A program made the translations under genes and the position numbers. Positions 17,021-24,472 of a stretch of 34,476 bases of DNA are shown here, in pieces. Position 1 is the stretch's first letter. Every line of letters begins with the position of its first letter. The DNA comes from Pseudomonadota bacterium. Its GTDB lineage: Bacteria; Myxococcota_A; Bradymonadia; UBA4248. The notes beneath the pieces were generated by a model. That model did not search any database. It had not been told where the DNA came from and worked only from the letters and a program-made list of their open reading frames with translations. The stretch covers positions 1-34,476 of the forward strand of contig JAFZFY010000215.1 of the NCBI GenBank assembly GCA_017555665.1, given 5' to 3'.

Positions 17021-18453
17021 GGCATCTCCTGATTTTTCTTGGGGATGACCGTGATGACGGCGCGCCTTGCATCGTCAGTGAACATGTCGCGCACGGTCTT
17101 CATGAGCGTGTCGACGGTGGCGTTCCTGTATCGGTCGAGGTCGCCTGCCGGGAAATCGGTGGCGTGCGCGTAGAAGTAATAGCTGTTGAAATTGTCTGCA
17201 CGCGTGCCGATGGACTGGAGCTGCTTGACGAAAGCTGTCTCGATCGAATTCCGGGTGCGCGCGAACTCGTCACTGGTGATGCCGTCCGCAAGAATCTCCT
17301 TGAAAATGGAGAGAATCTCGGCTTCGAGCGTGTCGAGAGGCACGCCGGGAAGGGGGATGGCATCGACGATAAAGACGGATGCGCGTCCGGACATCTGGCC
17401 GCAGGAGAGGTTCGAGGCGAGCTGCTTTTCGTAGATGAGCCGGTTGATGAGCCTCGAGTTCTGGCCTTTGCAGAGGATATTGGAGAGGATGTCGAGCTCG
17501 GCATCGCCTTTTTCCATGATCGCAGGCGAGTGGAAGAGCAAGGTCAGGCGTGGGAGCTGGACATTTTCGTCTTCGATGGTCATCCGATTCGTGACCGGAG
17601 TGTCGAGCTGCGGGATCTCGACAGCGGCAGGTTTCGGCTTTTTGGGAATGACGCCGAAATATTTCTCGACGAGCGCGCGCGTCTTGTCTTTGTCGAAGTC
17701 GCCGCCGACGACAAGCGTCGCGTTTGCAGGCACGTAATAGGTGTTGAAGAAGTCGATGACGTTGTCGAGCGTGGCGGCCTTGATATCCTCGACGGAGCCG
17801 ATCACGGGATGTCCGTAGGGATGCGAGGCGGGGTAAAGCATGCCCGGCATATCGAGCCAGACTTTGCCATAAGGCTGATTTTCGTAGGTCTCGCGGCGTT
17901 CATTGAGGACGATGTCTCGCTGCTTGTCGAGCTTTTCCTGGGTCATGGCATCGGCGAGGTGCGCGAAGCGGTCGGCCTCGATAAAGAGGACGGTTTCGAG
18001 CATATTTTCGGGCGCGACGGTGTAATAGTTCGTGACATCTTCGCGCGTGGACGCGTTGTTCGAGCCGCCGCCGCTTTCGAGCAGCAGGTCGATATTCGGG
18101 ACTTTGTCTGTGCCCATGAACATGAGGTGTTCAAAGAGGTGCGCGAAGCCGGTGCGTCCTGGCGTTTCGTCTTTTGAGCCGACATCGAACCAGAGATTGA
18201 CGGCGATGATGGGCAGCGAGTTGTCCTGAAGCAGGAAGACTTTGAGGCCGTTTTCGAGAGAGAATTGTTCAAAGGGGATGGCGATATTTTCCTGGACCAT
18301 AGGGATCTCCTGTTTATCGGGGCTGGCCGTGATCTGAGCGTTCTGTGCCGGGGTGTCTGCGTCGGATGGCGCGCGATCCGGGGTATCCGCGAGTGCTGGC
18401 GCGGCGAACGCGAGCATTGCCACGAGGCTGAGCAGCAGGCGTTTGAGTTTCAT
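17017..18453 (-). CDS. M16B zinc peptidase (pitrilysin family), catalytic subunit, secreted
   Basis: VGSKDE, GFAHLFEHLMF (inverted HxxEH), NASTREDVTNYY, VLNERRE; Sec signal MKLKRLLLSLVAMLAFAAPALA; 4-bp overlap with the partner gene. Confidence 0.92.
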   Translation of the reverse strand: MKLKRLLLSLVAMLAFAAPALADTPDRAPSDADTPAQNAQITASPDKQEIPMVQENIAIPFEQFSLENGLKVFLLQDNSLPIIAVNLWFDVGSKDETPGRTGFAHLFEHLMFMGTDKVPNIDLLLESGGGSNNASTREDVTNYYTVAPENMLETVLFIEADRFAHLADAMTQEKLDKQRDIVLNERRETYENQPYGKVWLDMPGMLYPASHPYGHPVIGSVEDIKAATLDNVIDFFNTYYVPANATLVVGGDFDKDKTRALVEKYFGVIPKKPKPAAVEIPQLDTPVTNRMTIEDENVQLPRLTLLFHSPAIMEKGDAELDILSNILCKGQNSRLINRLIYEKQLASNLSCGQMSGRASVFIVDAIPLPGVPLDTLEAEILSIFKEILADGITSDEFARTRNSIETAFVKQLQSIGTRADNFNSYYFYAHATDFPAGDLDRYRNATVDTLMKTVRDMFTDDARRAVITVIPKKNQEMP

Positions 18454-18480
18454 GGTTATCCTTGTGCAGTGTGTTTTGGG

Positions 18481-18550
18481 GGCGCGGCTATCGGCGTGAA
18501 ACGCCGATACGCGCGCCATGTGCGGCTATCCCTGCGGGATACGCCGCACA
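18481..18550. repeat. Pair of bulged-hairpin REP-like repeats
   Basis: GGCGCGGC-TATCGGCGT-GAA-ACGCCGATA-C-GCGCGCC (18481-18517) and TGTGCGGC-TATCCC-TGC-GGGATA-C-GCCGCACA (18519-18550). Confidence 0.78.
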
Positions 18551-18565
18551 AGACTGTATGCCGTA

Positions 18566-18595
18566 AAGATATGCGCGTGCGGCTGTCGCCGTCAA
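18566..18595 (-). promoter_or_regulatory. Possible sigma70 promoter for the M16 operon
   Basis: Minus strand TTGACG-N18-TATCTT, about 110 bp upstream of the ATG at 18453. Confidence 0.3.
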
Positions 18596-18722
18596 TCATG
18601 CGCAAAGGGCTTGTGCGCAGGGGGGATGCCCCCTCGAAAGCTCGCCACGTCCGAAGATGGCACGCGTGATATCGGGCAGATGCCTGGGGGGGCGTACACC
18701 GTGGGGGCGACGGGATGCAAGC

Positions 18723-18932
18723 TCAGGATTCTTTCATGGCATTGAGCTTCGCGAGTGCCTCGTTGATCTGGACCCCCGTGCTGATGAGCTTGTTCTGGCA
18801 TTTTGCGATGAGCGCGGTGGCTTCGTTCACCAGCTTGAGCATGTTGTCGATATCGCAGTCTTTTTGTCCGAGCAGCTCGACGATCTGCTGGATACGCTGG
18901 ATATCCTGTGCGTAGGTTGATTTTTCTTCCAT
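18723..18932 (-). CDS. xseB: Exodeoxyribonuclease VII small subunit
   Basis: TYAQDIQRIQQIVELL...IDNMLKLVNEATALIAKCQNKL pattern; 69 aa; downstream of xseA. Confidence 0.85.
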   Translation of the reverse strand: MEEKSTYAQDIQRIQQIVELLGQKDCDIDNMLKLVNEATALIAKCQNKLISTGVQINEALAKLNAMKES

Positions 18933-19110
18933 CTCTTGTCTCTCTGGCGCGGCATGTGTGCCGCAGATAGAGGCCCCGGCGTGGGGCCGTGTGTATAAGG
19001 AGAAGTGTGTCGCGTGTGGCAGTGTTTGGTTTGTTCAGGCGCAGTATTTTGAGAAGCCGGAAGCATCCTGGCCGTGTCGAGTGTCGTTGCGGGGGATGGT
19101 CGTTTCGAGG

Positions 19111-20946
19111 TCACGTGGGCTCGACGGTTTCGACCGTGACGCGCAGCTTGCCGTCTTTGAGGCGTATGATCAGCGTGTCGTTTTGCCTGATGTTTTCGAC
19201 GGAGGAGACGGGGCGGCCGTCTTTGTCGGAGACAGCGGCGAAGCCACGGACGAGCAGGGATTCAGGGCTGAGCTGCCTGACGGATCGCGAGAGCTGTTCG
19301 AGCGTGTCATGCGCGCGCTGCGTGCTGTCGCGGAGGCGTTCAGCGGACATGGCTGCGAGCGCGGCACATTGGCTCCGGGCGATCTGCAGCCGCTGTTCGG
19401 CGTTGTTCTGTAGCGCGGTCGAGAGGCGTTCGAGTTCGTGTGACTGATCGAGGCAGATGCCTGCGCTGAGGGACGCGATGCGCTCGCGCATGCAGGAAAG
19501 CTCGCGTTCCTGCATGTTCTGATATTTTGTTGCAAGGCTTTGCAGTTCGTTCGCGCATGATCTGAGGCGGCTGTCGTGCATGTGGAGGGAGGACTGCACC
19601 CCGGCGGTGATCTGTGTGCGCAGGTCAAAGAGCGTCTGGCGCGCGGTATCTCTGTTTGTGGCGATCTGGTTGCGGCACTGCTCGGAGAGCGTCTGCAGCC
19701 TGAGTTCGGCAGTTTCGAGCTTCTGACGCGCCTGGTTGGTCACGCTGTCTCTGGATTTGGCGAGGATTTGCGAGAGCGTGTTGAGGCGGTCGATCAGGTG
19801 GTGGACGACCATGCTCGGCGTGGAAAAGCTGAGCGCGATCTCGTCGATGATGGTGGTATCCTTGTCGTGGCCGATGCCGCAGATGAACTTGAGCGGGGAG
19901 GTCGCGATATACTCGGCAATGCGTATGTTGTTGAAATCCCAGAGGTCTGCGGAGCTTCCGCCGCCGCGCACGATGATGCCGTAATCGAAATTCTGCGGCC
20001 CGATCTTGTCGAGCAGCGCGAACGCCTCCATAAAGGTCGATTCGAGCTTGTCGCCCTGGAGCGTGACTTTGAACAGCGTGATATCGAAATTATAGCCGCT
20101 TGATTTGAGATTTTCGTAAAAATCCCCTTTTCCGGCCGCAGTCTCGTTTGTAAACACCGCGAGTCTGAGCGGCAAAAACGGCATCTGAAGCGCGCGGTTC
20201 TGTTGAAAAATGCCTCGCTTGATGAGTTCCGCGCGTATCAGCTCTCGCTGGCGCAGTTTTTCCTCGGCGGCGAACGTCTCGTCCACTTCCTCGATGTAGA
20301 AGGAGACCTGGCCTTTGGAGGCGTAATAGTCGAGCTTGCCGAGCACCCGAATCGCTTCCCGGTTCTTGAAATCGCGCAGTTTTCCAGCACGTATGCGTTC
20401 CTGGAACAGCTTGAATTTGTTGCCCCAGATGACGGCGTTGATCTTGTCTGCCTTTGAAGAGACGAGCGCCTCTGTGGACTCAGCCTGTGTCTCCGAGTAA
20501 TGCAGCAGTGGGAAATAGACATGTCCGCCGTCGCTGATCTTGAAATCGGTGACGACGCCTTTGAGCCAGATGGCATCGGGGAAAGCGGTTCGGATGTTCG
20601 CGCGGATGACATCCGAGAGTTCCTTGACGGTGAAGGTTTTGACTTCGGTGTTCGGGCGTGCTCTGGCGATCCTGTATTCGGTCTGGGCAGGCGCGGGCAG
20701 CCCTGTAAACTGCTTGTAACCGGCGCTGTCTAGCGTGGCCTTGATGCTGTCGAATGTGGCCTGAATGACTTGCCAGTACCGCTTGATCGTGCCGGTCTGG
20801 CTGTTCTGCTTTTCAAAGTATCTGGCGTCTGTGCGATCCATGATGTTCAAAATGCCGGGATCGTCCGTGTAGGCGACGAACCAGGCGTTGCTTTTGAACA
20901 TGTAGAACTTGTCTTGGTTTTCGTAGATTTTCGTTGTATCCGTCAT
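19111..20946 (-). CDS. xseA: Exodeoxyribonuclease VII large subunit with N-terminal extension
   Basis: FTVKELS, IWLKG, GHVYF OB fold; IIVRGGGS..DLWDFN, GIGHDKD, STPS; C-terminal LSPESLLVRGF; start at ATG 20946. Confidence 0.92.
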   Translation of the reverse strand: MTDTTKIYENQDKFYMFKSNAWFVAYTDDPGILNIMDRTDARYFEKQNSQTGTIKRYWQVIQATFDSIKATLDSAGYKQFTGLPAPAQTEYRIARARPNTEVKTFTVKELSDVIRANIRTAFPDAIWLKGVVTDFKISDGGHVYFPLLHYSETQAESTEALVSSKADKINAVIWGNKFKLFQERIRAGKLRDFKNREAIRVLGKLDYYASKGQVSFYIEEVDETFAAEEKLRQRELIRAELIKRGIFQQNRALQMPFLPLRLAVFTNETAAGKGDFYENLKSSGYNFDITLFKVTLQGDKLESTFMEAFALLDKIGPQNFDYGIIVRGGGSSADLWDFNNIRIAEYIATSPLKFICGIGHDKDTTIIDEIALSFSTPSMVVHHLIDRLNTLSQILAKSRDSVTNQARQKLETAELRLQTLSEQCRNQIATNRDTARQTLFDLRTQITAGVQSSLHMHDSRLRSCANELQSLATKYQNMQERELSCMRERIASLSAGICLDQSHELERLSTALQNNAEQRLQIARSQCAALAAMSAERLRDSTQRAHDTLEQLSRSVRQLSPESLLVRGFAAVSDKDGRPVSSVENIRQNDTLIIRLKDGKLRVTVETVEPT

Positions 20947-21105
20947 AATTCTGCCCACGCGCAAAACGGCGCGATTCTATCTGATTTATCCCCAAAGGAC
21001 AATTTGAAATGCCGAGTCGTCGGAGACGGGTCATGGGACACGCGAAGGCGCAGCAGAAGGGGATTGCGCTGATTCGGATATCGAAACAGGCGTTGCAGAT
21101 TTCAT

Positions 21106-21277
21106 GTTACGACTCAGCCCACAGATGTGTCTGAAGTATGGAGAGCATTGCGGACAGGCAGTAGGCAGTCGTTAGCCGCACAGGAACTTTTGCCTTTAGG
21201 GGATATAAATATTCGACAGCTTATAGGCGTGAAAGGTGTTGAAATGCTCATGATTTAGAGGGCGGCTGAGTAGTAAC
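21106..21277. mobile_element. MITE-like non-autonomous element, 172 bp, 14-bp TIR, 8-bp target-site duplication
   Basis: Left end GTTACGACTCAGCC (21106-21119) and right end GGCTGAGTAGTAAC (21264-21277) match at 13/14 as inverted repeats; both are directly flanked by GATTTCAT (21098-21105 and 21278-21285). Confidence 0.8.
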
Positions 21278-21390
21278 GATTTCATATTGCGTAGAAATAT
21301 GGGGATATGATAAGCTAATCAAAGTTGTATAGGTTGCGGCTGGTAATGGCCGTATTTTTATTTTTCACGAGAAAGGAAGTTTAGAGGTAC

Positions 21391-22035
21391 ATGAGGCGGC
21401 GTCAGACAGGCCCCGGCGTTCCGGGTGAGGAGAATCAGTACAGAATCAACCATCAGATCCGCATCGCGCAGATCTTGGTCATTGGCCCTGAAGGAGACAA
21501 GCTTGGCGTGATGAGCCCGGACGAGGCACGTTCGATCGCAGCAGATCACGGGCTTGATCTTGTGGAAGTTGCGCCAAACGCGAAACCGCCTGTCTGTAGG
21601 ATCATGGATTTTGGCAAGTTCAGATACGAACAGGCCAAGAAAGCGGCGAGTTCTAAAGCGGCGAAAGTCGATTTGAAAGAGCTTCGCCTGCGCCCGAAGA
21701 CGGATGATCACGACATGGAGACGATGGTGCGCAAAGCGAAGGGCTTTATCGCCCACGGCGATCGCGTGCGCCTTGTGATGCGCCTTCGTGGCCGCGAGCA
21801 GTCGCATGCCGAGCTTTGGCTCGACAAGATGGTCGAGATCATCGCGATGTTCAGCGATTGTGCGTCTGTCGCGCAGCCCGCAAAAGTCGAGGGCAAGATG
21901 ATTACAGCCACGATTGAGCCGATGAGCAACGCCGAGAAAGAGAAGGCCGATAAGGCGGCGAAGGCTGAAAAGGCGGACAAGCCCGCCGAAAAGCCTGAAA
22001 AAGCAGACAAGCCTGAGAAAGCAGAAAAGAAGTGA
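21391..22035 (+). CDS. infC: Translation initiation factor IF-3 with K/A/E/D-rich C-terminal tail
   Basis: RINHQIR, LDLVEVAPNAKPPVCRIMDFGKFRYE, KELRLRP, LRGRE motifs. Confidence 0.96.
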   Translation: MRRRQTGPGVPGEENQYRINHQIRIAQILVIGPEGDKLGVMSPDEARSIAADHGLDLVEVAPNAKPPVCRIMDFGKFRYEQAKKAASSKAAKVDLKELRLRPKTDDHDMETMVRKAKGFIAHGDRVRLVMRLRGREQSHAELWLDKMVEIIAMFSDCASVAQPAKVEGKMITATIEPMSNAEKEKADKAAKAEKADKPAEKPEKADKPEKAEKK

Positions 22036-22077
22036 CACGGTCTTTTTTGCAGCCGTGTGTCTGCACTGAACACTCGT

Positions 22078-22105
22078 AAAAACGGCGCGTTACGCGCCGT
22101 TTTTT
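22078..22105. terminator. Bidirectional Rho-independent terminator between convergent infC and rarA
   Basis: AAAAACGGCGCGT-T-ACGCGCCGTTTTT(T), with A and T tracts on both sides. Confidence 0.85.
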
Positions 22106-22154
22106 GTTCGTGTGTATGGCCAGGCTGGGGCGCGGCATGCACCATGCCCGGCAC

Positions 22155-24362
22155 TCAGCTGCCGGGGGCAGGCTTGGTATAGGTGGCAATGAGGAGGCAG
22201 GTCGGCCAGTTGCAGGTCTGGCCTCTCAGTTTGAGCTGCGCCCACTGCGAGATCGCTTCGCATGAGGCTTCGGATAAGCATTGACCGAGCCTGTCGATGT
22301 AACTGGGGGCTGCGTTGCTGTGCTTGAACCAGTGCGCGAATATCGAGGGCGTGATCGTCAGCTTGCCGGAGAGCTCGATCTTTCGGATGTGCATGTCGAG
22401 CTGCGCTTCGCGGCATGCCTGTTCGAGCTTTTGGGCCGTGAATTGCTGCGTTTTGTCTTGTGCGATGATCGATTCTTCCGCGTTTTTCCACGCCGTGACG
22501 AGGTGGTTGTCGAGCTTTCCGGTCGCGTCTGCCAGGCTGTAGATGCGCGGCATGTCGGCGGGCAGGATGTTGGAGAATGCGATTTTTCCGCAAGGCGCGA
22601 GCCTGTCTCGCGCGGCGCGGAGCAGGGCGGCCAGGTCATCGCAGGTGTGCAGATGGTTTCGCCCGATGATTGCGTCGAATTCGATATCGCCGAAAGCATC
22701 GAGGGACGATGCGGAGATCGCGTCTGTGCGCGCGACGGTCGCGCGTTCGAGTTCCGGGCGTTTTGACATGAGCGATTCAAAGCTGTCGGCCATTTCTGAA
22801 GGCGTGATGACGGAGAAAACGCCGCCGTCCGGGCATCTTCTCAAGGCCTCAAAGGAGAGCAGGCCGGAAGCCGCGTTGAGGTCGAGTATCCTTGCGTTCG
22901 CTTGGGGGGCGATGAAGTCAAAGATCTCGGTGCGCACGAGTTCCGCGCGTGCGGCTGCGCCATCGAACGTGCGCCCGATCCACTTTTCTTCGGAGGATGA
23001 CTGCGCATCGAGCGCGCGCTGTTCTTCAAACAGGGCGAGCTGCGCTTCCCGGTTTCGCGACACCTTGGCGGCGATGGTCGCTTCATAGCCGCTGTCTGCG
23101 GGATGATAGAAAATGCGCCCCTGGAGGCCGTTTGGCAGGTATTGCTGTGCGACCCAGTGGTCTCGATAGGCATGCGGATAGAGATAGCCCAGGCCGTGTC
23201 CCAGGCCGTCTTTGTCGCGCGAGGCATCCTTGAGCGGGTCAGGCACGTCGTAAGAGGATTCCTTTTGGACGACGGAGAGCGCGTCAAAGAAAGCCATGGA
23301 GGAGTTGGATTTGGGGGCCGTGGAGAGATAGAGCGTGGCATGTGCGAGGTGATACCGCCCTTCGGGGAGCCCGATGCGGTCGAACGCCTGTGCGCAAGAC
23401 TCGACGACGGAAACGGCATGCGGATCAGCCATGCCGATATCTTCGCAAGCGCTGATGAGCAGTCTTCTAAAAATAAAGTTTGGCGATTCGCCGGCCTGGA
23501 CCATCCTCGCCAGCCAGTAGAGTGCGGCATCTGGGTCGCTGCCACGGATGCTCTTGATGAAAGCGCTGATCGTGTCGAAATGCGCGTCGCCTTCTTTGTC
23601 GTATAGGACGGCGCGTTGCTGTATGGATTCTTCGGCGACTTCGAGCGTGATTTCAATCTGTCCCGAATCGTCTGGCGGCGTGGTGACGACGGCGAGTTCG
23701 AGCGCGTTGAGCAGGGCGCGGGCATCGCCGTTCGCGACGTTGACGAGATGCGCCATCGCGTCTTCGCGCAGGATGACGTTGAACAGCCCGAAGCCGCGAT
23801 CCGGGTCTCTGAGCGCCTGCATGACGATGCCCCGGAGGTCCGCGTCCTGGAGCGGTTTGAGCTGGAAGATCCTCGACCTGCTGACGAGCGCCTTGTTGAC
23901 TTCAAAGTAAGGGTTTTCGGTGGTCGCGCCGATCAGCGTGATCGTGCCGTTTTCGACCCAGGGTAGCAGTGCGTCCTGCTGGCTTTTGTTGAATCTGTGC
24001 ACTTCGTCGACGAACAGGATGCTCTTTCTGCTGACAAGCGTGAAGTTCTGTTTTGCGGTATCGATGGCATCTCGGATGTCCTTGACACCGGCGAGGACGG
24101 CGTTGAGCGAGAGGAATTTGGCGCGGGTCGTGTTGGCGATGATCCTGGCGAGCGTGGTTTTTCCAGTGCCCGGCGGTCCGTAGAAGATGAGGCTTGAGAG
24201 TTGGTCGGCTTCGATGGCGCGTCGCAGCAGCCTGCCTTTTGCCAGGATATGTTCCTGTCCCCAGAATTCGTCGAGCGTTCGCGGCCGCATGCGAGCGGCG
24301 AGCGGTTCGTGTGCGTTGTCGGGTTCTGGCCTTGGGGCGTGGCGGTCAAAGAGAGATGGCAT
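22155..24362 (-). CDS. rarA: Replication-associated recombination protein RarA/MgsA fused to a C-terminal SAM-methyltransferase-like domain
   Basis: PLAARMRP, GPPGTGKTT, FVDEVHRFNKSQQDALLP, GATTENP, ISAFIKSIRGSDPDAALYWLARM, GYLYPH; C-terminal ILDLNAASGLL...FDAIIGRN. Confidence 0.92.
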   Translation of the reverse strand: MPSLFDRHAPRPEPDNAHEPLAARMRPRTLDEFWGQEHILAKGRLLRRAIEADQLSSLIFYGPPGTGKTTLARIIANTTRAKFLSLNAVLAGVKDIRDAIDTAKQNFTLVSRKSILFVDEVHRFNKSQQDALLPWVENGTITLIGATTENPYFEVNKALVSRSRIFQLKPLQDADLRGIVMQALRDPDRGFGLFNVILREDAMAHLVNVANGDARALLNALELAVVTTPPDDSGQIEITLEVAEESIQQRAVLYDKEGDAHFDTISAFIKSIRGSDPDAALYWLARMVQAGESPNFIFRRLLISACEDIGMADPHAVSVVESCAQAFDRIGLPEGRYHLAHATLYLSTAPKSNSSMAFFDALSVVQKESSYDVPDPLKDASRDKDGLGHGLGYLYPHAYRDHWVAQQYLPNGLQGRIFYHPADSGYEATIAAKVSRNREAQLALFEEQRALDAQSSSEEKWIGRTFDGAAARAELVRTEIFDFIAPQANARILDLNAASGLLSFEALRRCPDGGVFSVITPSEMADSFESLMSKRPELERATVARTDAISASSLDAFGDIEFDAIIGRNHLHTCDDLAALLRAARDRLAPCGKIAFSNILPADMPRIYSLADATGKLDNHLVTAWKNAEESIIAQDKTQQFTAQKLEQACREAQLDMHIRKIELSGKLTITPSIFAHWFKHSNAAPSYIDRLGQCLSEASCEAISQWAQLKLRGQTCNWPTCLLIATYTKPAPGS

Positions 24363-24410
24363 GTCGTCTGAAGTCCTGGAGTCGCAGATGTGTGAGGATA
24401 TGTGTGCTCC

Positions 24411-24470
24411 GGCTATCGCGCCGTGGCGCGATACGCCTTCGCGCCGGCGCTATTCTGACGAATACGCGCC
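24411..24470. repeat. Pair of bulged-hairpin REP-like repeats
   Basis: GGC-TATCGCGCC-GT-GGCGCGATA-C-GCC (24411-24437) and GGCGC-TATTC-TGAC-GAATA-C-GCGCC (24446-24470). Confidence 0.78.
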
Positions 24471-24472
24471 AG

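Noticed and set aside
17164-18177. 337-aa plus-strand ORF
   Set aside because: Antisense to the M16 peptidase with a clear HxxEH motif
18571-18720. GC-rich intergenic stretch as possible SRP or 6S RNA
   Set aside because: No SRP domain IV motif (CAGG...GGAA..AGCAG) and no convincing long closing stem
18958-19413. Plus-strand ORF with CVAC motif between xseA and xseB
   Set aside because: Mostly antisense to xseA, no clear RBS and no second CxxC
21106-21277. 6S RNA interpretation of the 172-bp element
   Set aside because: The exact 8-bp direct repeat abutting both ends fits a transposition product better, and no extended internal pairing was seen
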